Shown here: positions 23,666-36,949 of the stretch, piece after piece
How positions within the stretch are numbered: the stretch's first letter is position 1
Layout of the letters: every line of letters starts with the position of its first letter
Assembly: GCF_052425735.1 (NCBI RefSeq)
Contig: NC_135762.1
Location: 10,726,001-10,790,000, forward strand
Length of the DNA: 64,000 nt
Source of the DNA: Oculina patagonica
Taxonomy: Eukaryota
Reading direction: 5' to 3'
Program-made: the position numbers and the translations under genes
The notes under the pieces: model-generated
The model's input: the letters and a program-made list of their open reading frames with translations, nothing else
Databases searched by the model: none
Told to the model about the DNA's origin: nothing

Positions 23666-24438
23666 TTGAGACTTTGTTAAATGCGCTTTAGGAACATAAT
23701 TATTATCATGATACTTATCACTCACCAAAATTACTGCATTCTGACTGGAGAAGAGCTATACAAATAAATTTGTATATGTTTTCCGTTGAAGCATCTATTT
23801 CTAGTCTTTCCGAAGTTCGCATGATGAGTGTGCTAAAAAATCAAAACTCGCACGACCTCGTGCAATTCCGCCGTTTTAGGCACTCGTGATGTTTAAAAAA
23901 CACTCAAATTTAAGGCTTGTGTTGATAACTTTCAAAAAAAATGCTTGTAACTATTAATCACGAATTGTAACAGAAGGTCGTGCGATTTTTTGGGCCATTT
24001 CTGCCTTTTGCCTTTCTTAATATGGGAAAAAAGTGCATTTAATGCTGAATCGCTAACTATTCTCTACAAAAACAAGGAATTCCTAAACCAACTCGTTCCC
24101 AAGGCTTTTCCCTCCAAATTACCAAGGGAAAAGTCCTGGGAACGAGGTTGATCTTGAACCCGACCATACATCTGTACTCTAGTTGGAAAGCTTGAACTTC
24201 TAAGTACATGTATTAATTTGTGTGTCTTCAGATATCTGAAGTCTTTGTAGTTTAATTTCAAATAACAATTTAGTTGCTTTCATTCGATTTTTACTCTTCC
24301 TCTTCCGCTGTCAAACCTTTATTTGATTTTATGGATGAAACTTTAACGTATTATCATTTACATGAAAGTTTTTACTTGTGGCGGTTTAGGAAGTGAACAA
24401 GTTCAGGTCAATGTCCCTACGAAGCAGAAAGTCAATTC

Positions 24439-27400
24439 CTAAACGTCTTCTCCACTTCCTGAACCATCATCATCATCATCATAAGGTTTATTCAATACTT
24501 CATCGACTTTGCAAATGACCACATCTCTTTGTACCTCGGACATCTTGCTCGGCACTTCGTACGTAATTCCCGCCAGTTCAAACCGCGGCAGACACTGCCG
24601 TAGGTCTTCCATCAACGACGACAGTTCTGCGACCTTGAAGCAGCTGGTCAGCGGATCCTTAAGAAGACTCCAGATGTGTGCATAATTGCCTTGGTTCTCC
24701 GGCGAGCCTTCTCCATTGTCCTCCAGAATTTCGCCAATTTTACAAATAACCAAGTCTCTTTTGATACTGTCAATATCTGTTGGATACTCGTATGTATGTT
24801 GTGGGTCACCTAATTGACATTGCTCGAGCTCAGCCACCAATGCTTCTACGTCTCGCGGTCTCGTTACACTTGTCAGCGGCTCTTTCAGCTCTTGCCAGAG
24901 CTGTTGAAAGGATGCTGACCTAAACTGAGGTTCCATTGCTTCAATGTGATCCTCAAGAGCTTTGGCAATTTTAGGTTTAACTCCGCCGGGAACAATCTTT
25001 CTCTTGCGGAAGAAGGGAATTCTTGGAGCGATTTTCTCCCTTTTGCGTTTCGCTTCAAGAAAGGAGTCCAAAAACGAAACATAAGCTGTGCCTTCTAAGC
25101 CCAAATTTGCCTGTCGTGAGCAAAGAGAAGATAGAAATGTAGCAATATGCCATTACATTTACTTGAGTAAACGTTTGCACGACATCTCTGTTTTCTTTTT
25201 TTATTTCTTTCCCACCCCCTCTCCCCCCCTCCCTCTATGCTGGAATGATGTCTCACTAGAGTCAGTAATATTCTACACTGGCATCATTCGGGGATTCCCT
25301 TTTTGTTGGCATTCACTGTCATAGGCATTCAAGAAGATATTCCGTGAAATTGTATAGACGTCAGGAAGCCAGCAAGCCAGCAAGTAACTGTACATACTAG
25401 TAAATACCCCTATACCGGTACTTTAGACAATTATATCCTTTATATCCCATAGGAAATTGAAGCCAAAGAAGCGTTTGTTACTGAAGATCAAGATGGGAAT
25501 AATTGCGAAAAGTGTAACTTAGGGCGCTTTCCATTTGTCAGAACTGGCCGGCCGGTCCTGTGGTTTTCTTTGTCCCGAAAAATGGGCCTTTTGCACGAGA
25601 GTTTTCCACAAATCCACCATAACAATTTGTATAACATATTATGTATTGACTGATTTGACCGGACAAATCTGACTAACAACGCGGTGAACGGAATTCTGTT
25701 CTCGAATATACTGGTCTGGCCGGCCAGCATAGACAAATGGAAAATGCCCTTAGTTAAACTTACGTTTAATTTACGTCAATTTTAATGAAATTCTCTTAAT
25801 ATAATTCCACTTTGTTTTTTAAGTAAAATTTCATTGTTCCCATCGCTTCATTGAAATTTCATGTGCGCTTTCTATTACAATTTCTGCAACTTGCAATCGC
25901 CCAAAACCTTTTGGGTTCCACGTGCGACCTAGTACCCAATGGGTAACTTGTGGTCTATGAAAGTTGATGGATGACTGGACGCCCAGTGGCCGCCCCATTT
26001 CGTTAGCGTCCAGACGCTATCTGACCCTTATCATCCATGTATGTCCCTAGTGTCAGAAACTGACAAAACATCGCTTGTTCGTACTGGAATTTAGCAAGTG
26101 GACGTATTGAATCAGCCAGGTCAAAAACATAAAGGAACTGAACTTCGTACGCCTCGTTATCACACATTATCGACATATTAGTGATAAAACTGGATCGCGT
26201 CAATAAATTGACTTATTTGTGGGATTTTTTATAACCAGGTGGGTCTTTTTAACAACAGTGAACCATTTCTCCCTTTACTGATCCCTGGCTTATGTGTGAC
26301 GCTGTTGGACTGAATTGTCTGAGAAACGTTGTCGTGTTTAGCGATTTTAGTTTATGCGCTGTCGTAAATTGAAGTTTCGAGCCTTGACCCTACCTTACTT
26401 TTTAGCTACTGCACAAGGCAGAGGGAAACGACCTTTGATCTTTTGTTTTCTGAAATCAATGACATTTGCTTCGAATTTGCTGTAATGTTCTGTAATATTT
26501 ACACTGAATCGGTTCACGCCTTAGCCAGTATATAAAAAAGATGGTATTTCTACTCCTGCCCGGCGGATTTAATGCTGGATTCCCTTCGCAGGGGAAGCGC
26601 CTAGCATCTAATTCGTAAACACCCATTCAGTTTATACTCCTGGGTGAATAAAAGCGCTGTCAGAATAAAGTGTCTGGCTCTTTCAGGACTCCACTAACCA
26701 TTAGGCCAGCGTGCCTCCCAATTAACTGGTTGAGTGCTTTCTAGAGTTAAAAAAAATGCAAGGATGGCGCTGTGTTATTATGTTAACTGTTGCGTGATTG
26801 AAAGCAAACAAAATTCACATGCATGAAGCGTATACAAGCGCGGCAAACGCCATCTTCGATTTTAATGTTTATATGGACGCATCGTATTTTTAGTAGCCTG
26901 TTAGCGCATCAGAAAAGCCTTGAAACTTAGCTGACAGAGTTTGGCTAAAATAAGATAACTATGCGAGTTTCTCCAGCATGTGTATGCACTTTCGCTTTCT
27001 TCAAAAATAATTTGAGAGGGGCACTGGTTGTTTAGATTAACAAGAAAAGATCGATAAACAAATCATTCAGTCAACCTACAGTCTTTTCATTTCGACAGAA
27101 AAATATTTTTACCATATCTAATGATTCTAATGGAGTTGACTTTTAACTAAACGAAATACGCGCTTTAACGGAATGTATTGTGTTTATACCCCAACCTGGC
27201 TGGCGAAAGAAAGCCGCTTGTACGCATGTATGTATTAATACGGTTCATGGTAAGTTCCTCTCTTAGCGTTCAGCGTTCAGTCTGGAATTTTCGCCACAGA
27301 GGCTTACAATGGCAAGTTAAGGCCATCATTATTTTAACAACTACCCAACTATTTCAAAACAAAAACTATAACAATATGAACTTTCATACCTCTATTTGTT

Positions 27401-27518
27401 CAGGTGCGACTTCGCGTTTTGAGACGGCAGAATCTTGTAAGTCCGTTGACTGGCTGTCGCTAAAATGCACGAAAACCAATTTTACAGAAAGAAATACAAT
27501 TATTAAAAAACGCGACAT
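24439..27518 (-). CDS. Uncharacterised secreted proprotein (266 aa, 2 exons) with a duplicated ~65-aa Cys-containing domain
   Basis: Exon 1 27518-27390 encodes MSRFLIIVFLSVKLVFVHFSDSQ...KREVAPEQIE, donor GTATGA, phase 0. Exon 2 25110-24439 follows acceptor CTTCTCTTTGCTCACGACAG in the matching phase. AATAAA on the minus strand at 24323-24318. Confidence 0.8.
25523..25749. mobile_element. Harbinger MITE in intron
   Basis: TTA TSD; TIR GGGCGCTTTCCATTTGTC / GACAAATGGAAAATGCCC. Confidence 0.8.
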
Positions 27519-29077
27519 TCCGCGACTTCGTCTTCTTAAACAGTCCTGACGAAGATATTCTCAGCATCCGTGGAGCGCTTTTGATTTTAAAAATAATGAA
27601 ACTTCACCCTTAAATGTTCCAATATTTACTCGAGTAACACGTATTAGAGGCACTTAGCTATTCGACCTTGAGAGTGCCTACCTGTCATTGGTCACCAAAG
27701 CATTCATTGCAAACACCGACCTTTTTCAACACGCTCCGTAGAACAGCAATGATTTCTGAAACAATCGTGACTCAAAAACCTGTTTTCATTCACCAACATG
27801 TTTGAACTCCCAGCGTTTGTGTCAGACAACCGCGGGGGCGAAAATAAAAGATAAATAAAACGACCAGATTGAAACTAGGCACAAAGAAAAAGTACGGTGA
27901 TATATAATAACAATTGAGTCGATTAATGTACGAACCAGTTTTCGCATGAGATTCATATTCATTTACTAAAATGAATGACCTCCAAATAGATTTCTTTATT
28001 ATTTTTTCTTTATTTAATACTGTATTCATCCTTTGTATGACTCAATACCCTATTGCTTATTGTTATCTAGGGCGGCGATATCCTCATTCAAAAATATGGA
28101 AGCCGTTTAATGCTAATTTAAACCCTTTTCACTTTTTGTGGTTGTCACAATGAAGACTACTCTCGAAATACTCGATCTCGAGTTGACACAGCAAAAGCTG
28201 AAGTTGTTTGGCATCTCTGATCAGCTCTTGCCAGAAGCATTTTACTTCATTTTTTGCGTCAAGTACTAGACATTACTGCTACTGGTCCCTTAATGAAGAT
28301 GTCAACCGTGGTACCCCATACGTCTTTCATAGTTTCATTCATTTATCGTGGCACTTGCAGCCAGTGTGACGGTTTTCTGTTAAAATTTCATGTAAGATGT
28401 ATTTTGCGTGTAATACGCCGGATCCCAAGTACTTGAGGTTTGGAAATGAACACTTTGTGTTTTAAAACCAAGTTTAATTTACTCAAATTTAAATTGAGAG
28501 GAGATTCATCCGAAATAAAGGAAGTTACTCGCTTAAGTCGTCATTATTTCTTGACGAAAATGAAGGTGAATGACATGCAGAAAAAAACACTTTTGTTTGG
28601 AAAACAGGAACGAAATAAACAAAAGAACAATGGTAAAACAGAGCCTACACTGCTTGTTCAAGGTGTTCTGTCAGTTTGGGGATGAATATCCCAAAGAACG
28701 AGTTCATTTTGGGAGACAAAACCCCTCGTCTTTTCTCTACTCGCTATTTTTCACGCTGCTTCTCAAGCAACCGAACGCCTGAAAAAGTTTGCTAAACAGT
28801 GTGACTGTCACTCCACTGGCCAAGTAAGCTGCGCCGTTAAAAGCGGAAACTCTGCAGTTCACTTATTCCACCCACGGAGGACATTCCGGGCCAACGAGAA
28901 CGCGACCGCCCCACCGATATGTCTGGAGCCTCGCAATGTGAACTCTCCACGAGCGGGACTGAAAACGCACGAACCCGCAAAAAAAAAACGCACAAGAAAG
29001 AGACGAACAAAGAAGACAGGAGGGGCACAAGTGTTAGCCCCCCCCCCCCCCACCCCAAGACATCAAAAGGCGGCTAC

Positions 29078-29217
29078 TAGCCTGCGTGGAGGCGAAAGGG
29101 AGGGGAGGGTGGGGGGAAAGAAGGAAGAGGCCTCCCCTTCTCGCCCCACTTCCTCTCCCTTTCTCTCTTTTCCCAACCCCCTCTTTTCTCCCTTTTCGAC
29201 GCCTGCTACGCAGGCTA
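29078..29217. mobile_element. Academ-like MITE
   Basis: TAGCCTGCGT.G.AGGCG / CGCCTGCTACGCAGGCTA with purine/pyrimidine arms. Confidence 0.65.
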
Positions 29218-30229
29218 AGCTGCCATCGGAATGAGTGATCAGCGTGGATTAATTACCTCCAGAATCACGAGACGAAATAAACAGGCCTAGGGCCTTCATC
29301 GCACTGGTTGCCATTGTGTTGGGAAATGCAGGAGGGAGAAAAGGGAACAGGGAGAAGAGGGAAGGGTAGTTGTAAGACTACGAAAGAAAGTCGGATATAT
29401 GTATGAGCTGTTGTTTTGACAAGAACAAAAATGCACCAGTACTGAAACACATGTAAAACAAGGGCGCTAATAAGCCCACCAGTCAAAAGCCCAAACAGTC
29501 TGTACTGGTAATTCCGATGTTGGAAAATACAATTAACCGTGAATGAAATCTTAACGAGCTTTTGTCTTTCCAAATGGGTTAGGAGAATCAAAGGAAATTA
29601 CATGAGGAAAATTGCTGGTCCACAAGAAACTAAAATTACAGTGAAGAAGGAGGGGTTGGGTCCAAGAGCGAGTAAAATTACAGTGAATGTACGGGAAAAA
29701 ATCGGATACTCCGGGCATGCATGCATGCTTGCAAATGCATACTTCTTTTTTAATGCATCTCTGATCAACCCTTTTTTAATTATGTTACCTCAACGCAACA
29801 TTCCCGTTCATCATATCCCGGGATCATATAGTGATTGAAATTAGAACAACAGCCAAGTGAGGTTTTATGCACAGATGGTTTATTTGTAATACTAATACCG
29901 TATCGTAAGTGAAATGTGCTGCCATGCCGTATTGTAAACGTGTACGTTAGTTTTATCATAGCGTGGTTTCGCAACTGAAACTGCTCCAGATTCCATTAGC
30001 TTAATAGGAATTTACTTCTGGACATTCAGTAATATAATTTTGGTTATCAAAACTGATTACTATTCTGGCCTGTCGGGCGCCGTAGTACTTATGCCAAAAT
30101 GACACTTCTAAATAAGAGCCTAACCGCCCTCCTTTCTCTTGCTAAAGACACTATTCCCTCATTTTTTTTTTGGTAAACGAGAGCCGCAGACCACGACCAG
30201 CTGAAATAGACGTGATTTATCTACAAAAC

Positions 30230-30413
30230 AGACCATTTCCGAGTTACTTTTTGCCTCTGTTCAAAACGAGTCTAGGTGCGAAACCATTCACATGAAAATG
30301 AGTTTCATCTACAGGTCCATTTTCATGCAAATCAAACTCATTTTCATTTGAATGGTTTCGCACGTAGACTCGTTTTGAAATAGATGGCAAAGAGTAACTC
30401 GGAAATGGCCTAT
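30230..30413. mobile_element. Short MITE
   Basis: AGACCATTTCCGAGTTAC / GTAACTCGGAAATGGCCT. Confidence 0.75.
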
Positions 30414-30842
30414 TGTGACTAGGAAATGCCATAGAAACTGCTGTCACAATCAAAATTTCTTGACCTTGATTGAATACTATATCGCACGCCACAGAGAGGA
30501 AACGGTAATCTCGCATGATCTTGGTGTTTAAGTCTTTGTCTGGAAATACCGCAGTCTTTAATTAACCCGCTCTTTATCTTCAGACCCGATTCATACTGAG
30601 AAGCTGATAAGAGAGAAATACCTTAAGTATCTCCTAAATAAACTTTGATTTAATCTGAGTACTATTTTAATGTTCAGACGCTTTTTTCGACTTTTTACTA
30701 TTATCACATTCCGACCTTGCATGTGATGCTTAATTCTTACTTCACCAGTTTTTCCATCCCATCACTTAATATGTAAGGCTTTTGATTTCAGGTACAGTAT
30801 TTGAAGTGAATGGAACAATTAATGTCACAGAATAGGTCATTC

Positions 30843-30967
30843 TAGACTGTCCACAGCCCTCTATTTTTTCGTGTTTTTTCGATCGATGAGCGCGCGGTGA
30901 GAACGGCGAGAGAACCTGACGCCAGAGCTTTTTTGCGTTGAAAAATCGAGAGGCTGTGGACAGTCTA
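30843..30967. mobile_element. Academ-like MITE
   Basis: TAGACTGTCCACAGCC / GGCTGTGGACAGTCTA; degenerate 9-bp TSD AGGTCATTC/ATTTCATTC. Confidence 0.75.
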
Positions 30968-31882
30968 ATTTCATTCGTGCTTCCAGTTTCGCGATCGTCA
31001 CAAACTTTAATTCTATCTACGTTTTTTTACTTTTTATCTCCAGATTAGCTTCTCGTACTCCGTTCAGCATAGAGATCTGACAAGTGAAGGACATTTTAAG
31101 TATCTTAAATCAGCCTTAATTTCCGCTCCCGTTCTATTTTAATACTGAGACGCCTTATCGCGAATTACATTTCTTGCCTAGATTTTCGTGTCGTAAAGTT
31201 TCGTTCTTTTGTGAATTTTTCTCTCGCTGTTAATATTTTCCCATTGTTAGATTCATTCATGTATGGAACAACATATCACAACGAATTTTTTTCAAACATC
31301 GAGCTGTCTGTGACGTCACACCAGCACTCGCTCTATATCTGCTATTACTGGTTAGTGATAAGTAAATTTTAATTTCCTTTCATTTCAATTAAATTAGGGT
31401 TTTCCTGATAAAGACAATTTTAATCAGCCTTGATGCTTTACAAGAGTCACACCCCTCGCCTACGCAACTAGATCAGATTGAAACAATGTGTCTTTCAGTT
31501 GTTAGCTTTTCCTTGTGTTTATGGCTAACATTCGCCCTTTTTTGACACTGAACATTCTCCGAGTGCGGAACAATCTCTATGAACAGGCTGAATTTCTATC
31601 ACACAGTAACTCCAGTTACAATAAACACTACCCAAACTCTTCCTTTTTAGTTACCGCTTGGTATTCAGACAGGCAACTCCGACCCGACTCTATAATTAAC
31701 TGCAGTTGATAAGAGAAGAGTATCTTGAGTATACCTTACGTAAACTTTAATTTCCGCATTTTGACATTTAGACGTGCTTTTATTATCTAGAGTCACATTC
31801 TCGAACAATCCTCACATATGCCCTGTCGTAAAACATGCGTTCTTTGGCAGTCTATTATAGGCGGGTCGAAGAACAGTTCTAA

Positions 31883-32001
31883 TAGCCTGTTCCAGGCTCT
31901 CGGTAGTTGAAAGGGAAAGCGAAAAACGCGGGCGAGCGAGAAAAAAACGAGGGGGGACTTTCGCTCTCCCATAACTACCGAGAGGAACCTGGAACAGGCT
32001 A
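31883..32001. mobile_element. Academ-like MITE
   Basis: TAGCCTGTTCCAGG..CTCGGTAGTT / AACTACCGAG..CCTGGAACAGGCTA. Confidence 0.7.
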
Positions 32002-32156
32002 TTCTCGCAAGGTCTCAAATAAATGACTGCGCTGACTACCCTGCTAGAGAACAACAGAGCAAACAACAGGAACAACTCCCCCCCCCCCCCCCCCCAACAG
32101 TTTTCACTGTTACACTAGAGGACCAGTAGAATTACAAGCTTGCGAGAGCTGCTGCA

Positions 32157-32225
32157 CCGCCGCCTGGTTAGCTCAGTTGGTAGAGCGCCGTACTGCTGTG
32201 CGGGAGGTCGTGGGTTCGAACTCCA

Positions 32226-32266
<41 letters not shown>

Positions 32267-32403
32267 TGTGCTGCCTTTGTAATTACATCTGCAAATGGTT
32301 AGACATTCTAGTCTTCTCGGAAAAGGACGATAAACCGTAGGTCTCGTCTCCTGTATCTTCAGTCTTATAACAGGGGACGTTAAAGAACCCACACACTATT
32401 CGC

Positions 32404-32442
<39 letters not shown>

Positions 32443-32532
32443 CTTTGTGTAGTAAATTACAGTATGTGTACAGCGCATTTGAACATTACATATGAAAAAT
32501 GCGCTATATAAATTGATTATCATTATTATTAT
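32157..32532 (+). mobile_element. tRNA-head SINE with Nin/Deu-like body and L2-like tail
   Basis: Nearly identical to the reverse complement of 20556-20942; A/B boxes; (ATT)n tail. Confidence 0.85.
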
Positions 32533-32619
32533 CACTAGTGTGTCAGTCTTGTTCTATCCGAAATGAATTCGTACACCAACACCAACTTACATAAGCCAAA
32601 CATATTTCCACTCATCTGG

Positions 32620-32840
32620 ATACCTTTCTGGATACCACACCGTGTCACAGTAGTCAAGTACTGGTATAATGAATGACTTATAGATGATATTTGCAGTGTT
32701 TGTGGTGACATCGCATCTTATCCGACTCAACATGCCCAATCTCTTGCCAGCCTTGCCCAAAACATATTTAACATGGGCATTCTACGAGAGGGCATCGTCT
32801 AAGACGACACCGAGATACTTATATTCTGACACACGCTTTA
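32620..32840 (-). mobile_element. L2/CR1-group LINE reverse transcriptase C-terminal fragment
   Basis: KRVSEYKYLGVVLDDALS*NAHVKYVLGKAGKRLGMLSRIR...IYKSFIIPVLDYCDTVW with an in-frame stop. Confidence 0.85.
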
Positions 32841-34549
32841 CTTTTCACTAGGGCCTCTAAGGATAACAGATTTTATTGTAAAAGCTGATGGAGTAACCCT
32901 ATTTAAATAAAGGCTTCTCTCTCTCTGGTCCCACAGATTCGCACCTATGGAATGTCTGTACCGAGCTAGCGCCCGATAAGAATCCCCCAGTACCTTAAAG
33001 CCTATAAGGTCATCAGCGGGCAATAAGTTTATTTTAATTCGTTGATGACAAAATGCCCCATCGAATGAAAATCCCCCTCCATCTCCGCCCGTCTGTAATA
33101 TGCTCTCGATCTCGGAAACAGCCTGTACATAATAGGTCCGTTTTGCGTACACACAAAAAGTGCTATCGCTACAGACAGCCTCATAACTCAATGTAGCTGT
33201 AAAATGGGATCTTAACTCGGGGTAAATACAAATGAATTGCACGAAAGCATGCTCACCAAAAGAGCTCAAGAGTATTTTTGTATTATCTTTTAATTTACGA
33301 TGTCTGTTCTTTCGAATTCTTCATGAAGGCGAGGCCGACTGACCCTACACGTGGTCTGACTTTCTTTGTTTTTCCGTCCGAAATCATCGGGAATGAATGC
33401 ATTTGTTTGAAAAAACATATTCCTAAATAAGAAAATTCGATTAAACTGTAGCAACCCGTCATATTTTTAGTACAGTCACCGGTCAATGATGGCACAAGAA
33501 AGTCATGACATTTTAAAAGATTCCTAAGATGTTCATGTTCAGCGAAGAAGCTACTCGAGACATTATTCATTGATGATCTCTGGCTCGCGATGAAGGTGAT
33601 TTATTGATTTTGCCGGGGGTTTGGGGTTAAGTTCTACTGTCATTTTTCCTCATAACTTTTCAGTATCTTGTTATAATTAGTTGACTCAATTCTTTGGTAT
33701 TAGATCATTCTAGTGATTGTCTACGAGCTAGCATTAATTGGATAGAGCCCACCCGGTGCTTGACAGGTCATGGGTTTGATTCTCGGGAACTCAGTTTTTT
33801 CTTTTTCCCACGCTCGTGACATTAATTGCCGCTTATCGCGTAAGTTGGCCAAAAAGAGAAGACTGAATAAGCAAATGGTCTTCATTGATCACAAGCGCTG
33901 CAGTTCACGGAGGTCCACTCAAACCTTAGATTAGCGGTAAGGGTGCTAAACCGACTCATTACGTTAACTAAATCTCCTTTAGCCGGCTTGATAGATTGAT
34001 CAGACAAGATCGTGAAGATGTTTGCTTTCCATTTATCGATGTTTTTTCAAGCCCCACGTTATCATCATAAGCGTCCATTTAAGCTACTTTATAGGTATTT
34101 TTGCACTCTCTCATTCAATTTCAGACGGAAAAATCAAAAGTGAACACATTGCCAAATACTGGGACGGAAGGGGACTAGACAAATAAAGACAGATTATCGT
34201 TTTTTCTTCGAGTAGTAGCCGAGACGATTATCTTTTTATTGTTCGTTCCAGAACAAATGAAAATAAATACACAAGAATGACATTTTTTCGGTTGTATAAA
34301 ACAAACCCTGAAGCTAAGGTCTTTGACCCCCGCATTGCGGTTTCAGCAGTTTATTATGGAGGACCATGCTACTATGAGAACAGGCTCCCTCGATCCCTTC
34401 ACCTCCTCACCTTGGAGCCCGAAGGAGTTAAGATGGGATTGTCATTTGTTGGACAGTTAATGCTTTGCGGTGGTCTGCAGAATCCTTGACTCAAATCAAA
34501 ATTTTAATGCCGATGTCATTGAGGTTGACACCCAAAGTACTACTAAGAA

Positions 34550-34930
34550 AAAAAAAACCGCGAAACACTAATGATCGAGATCTTTAATAGAAAAATGATT
34601 TCTGCAGCAAATTTAAGAAAAAGGAAGGAAAAGGAAAAAGAGAATGAAGCATGTTGACAATATGTTTGTATGTATAAGTTTTTTGTCAATGAATGATCAA
34701 AAAAGAAACCGCGAATCACTAGTGATCGAGATCTTTGATAGAAAAAAATTATTACTGCAGCAAATTTAGTGTGCTAATGATAGGCGTTGTCCAGTAATCC
34801 CAGCTGAGAATTGTCTTCAAAAAGTAATTATAAAATGATAACACCCGGCATAAGATGGAAAAAAGAATGAAGCTGCTGAAGCATGTAGACAATATGTTTG
34901 TATGTAGAAGCATTTTTTTATCAATGAATG
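34550..34930. repeat. ~150-bp local tandem duplication
   Basis: AAACCGCGAA.CACTA.TGATCGAGATCTTT and GAAGCATGT.GACAATATGTTTGTATGTA each occur twice. Confidence 0.75.
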
Positions 34931-35130
34931 ATATAGTTTTTTTAAATTGTACCCAGAGAAGATATACAATGTCGGTATAACTCAGTTTGCAAGCCTTACA
35001 AACAAAATGTCTCCAAACCGGTGCCCGAAACAGCCTTTTCCAGACCATATCTAACATAATGGCGGGCGGGGGAGTGATTCAATCAGCTTTTTGGTTTTTT
35101 GGTCTTTCCATAATCGGATCGATATGAAAT

Positions 35131-35245
35131 TATACCAGTTGTAGTCTACTACCAGTAGTAGTCTACTACCAGTAGCTTATACCAGTTGACTACCAGTAGT
35201 CAGTAGTCATTATACCAGTTGTAGTCTACTACCAGTTGTAGTCTA
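35131..35245. repeat. Minisatellite (~17-bp unit TACCAGTTGTAGTCTAC)
   Basis: About 6-7 imperfect copies. Confidence 0.85.
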
Positions 35246-36395
35246 ATATATGTTTTTTTCAGGGAAATCGACTTTACCGTGACAACGATAAACCGCGATT
35301 AAATACCTCGTAAACAGCAATCCAATATAAACTGAGTCATTGAATAAAAATACAAAAATAAAACAAAATGTGTTTGATTTCTGCTGAAAAAAGGGCGACA
35401 GAGTTAATAGATTCTCCTAAAAAAGCGTAGAGGATCTGCTTATATTTTCAATGCCCCATTAGGAGTAACAAATCATCACACACACATCACCACTCGTGCA
35501 TAATTTCTTTTCTTTTCTTAGAGGTATAATGGTTTGTTTCTTTACAAATCTTAACCAATCAGCTGACCTTGTCACTGGCGATTTTTCGAACAGGCATGAA
35601 GTCAAGCCAGTCAGGTATCTATTTTTTTTATCATTTACTAATCACAAATTTCACTTTGCAAAATACTGAATGCAATTTTTTAATCACGTGAAAGTGCTGC
35701 TCGTTAGTTTTCATTTGAATGGTCACACACTTGGCTTCCATCCACAGACTCAGTTTTATACAAATTTAGAACCAAATGAACCGAAGCTTTGGCTTTGGGA
35801 GTACAAGGGTCGAAAGAATTTGGGATCGCCTGAGACCCTAGTTCTGTAAACCAAACAAATTACGAATTAATTAATCAGTTCTAAACATACTGAAATCATA
35901 TGTTTTTTATTACCACAGAATTTTGTTTGGGACCGTCTCTAAGAGAGCCAAGCTATTCAATGTACTAAAACATTATTTGATTGAAAGAATTTTCCATACA
36001 AGCATACAAACAAAATCTGTGCCTGTGGTCACCATTAATTATTATTAATTACTAGCCTCTGAAATTTCATCGCATTTTTTGTGACGCTGAAAGGAAATCA
36101 GCAAGTGTAAATAAAAAACGAATGTAGGAAAATTATGAAATGAAATCGCCATGACGGGTACAGTCTCTAGATCACAGCTGTTTCAGTTTCTTGTGCGAGA
36201 TAAGAGCAATTCAGTAAAAACTTGTGTTTTTTGTTTTTAGCTCCCGTCTTCAAATGTAAGAAGAAACATTTCGGAAATTTAATAGAGAGCTACTTCAAAA
36301 ATATGGCGAAAATTTAAAGTGTTTGTTTGGAGAAAGGGATTTGCCATCTAGGGATACTGCGGTAGCAATCAGTTGAGGTAAATCGCTGAGACTAA

Positions 36396-36949
36396 GGGTG
36401 CGTTTCTTGGGAATCCAAATCCGGATTCTGATCCAAAACGGATTGCGTCTTACCTATATCCGAAAATGGAATCTGACGAAAGAATCCCACTTCGAGTGGA
36501 ACAATCTGAATCCGGATAGGATTCATGATCCGTGCGTCTTGGGAAAGGACGAAAAAGTACCTGGCCCAGCGGCTGCTGTGAAATACAGGTTCGCTCGTAA
36601 CACTGCCAACAGGAGGGGACAACAAACACGAGGAAACGGAGCCAGAAGAGAGACAAAACGGGACAGGCGAACAGCCACTGTGGCCACGAGGACGAATGTC
36701 CGAGTGAATGCACGATCTCGCTCATCCGCCTCAGATGCCTCCCACATGTGCTACCAGAGATCACTTCGACGTGTGGTAGATGTGCTAATTGAGCGGATAC
36801 ATTGGGGAACTCGACATAATTTGTGCTGAATTATGTACTGTGCGAAATGTGCGGGGTGTCAGGCAAAATCCGGGATCTCGTTCTGGGAGCAAAGATCCGT
36901 GTGATCGAGATCAATGATCCATTTTGGATTTTCCCAAAGAAACGCACCC
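36396..36949. mobile_element. Harbinger non-autonomous element
   Basis: TAA TSD; TIR GGGTGCGTTTCTT.GG.AA / TTCCCAAAGAAACGCACCC. Confidence 0.85.

Noticed and set aside
36392-36829. Several overlapping GC-rich ORFs
   Set aside because: Internal sequence of a Harbinger non-autonomous element; no transposase motifs recognised.
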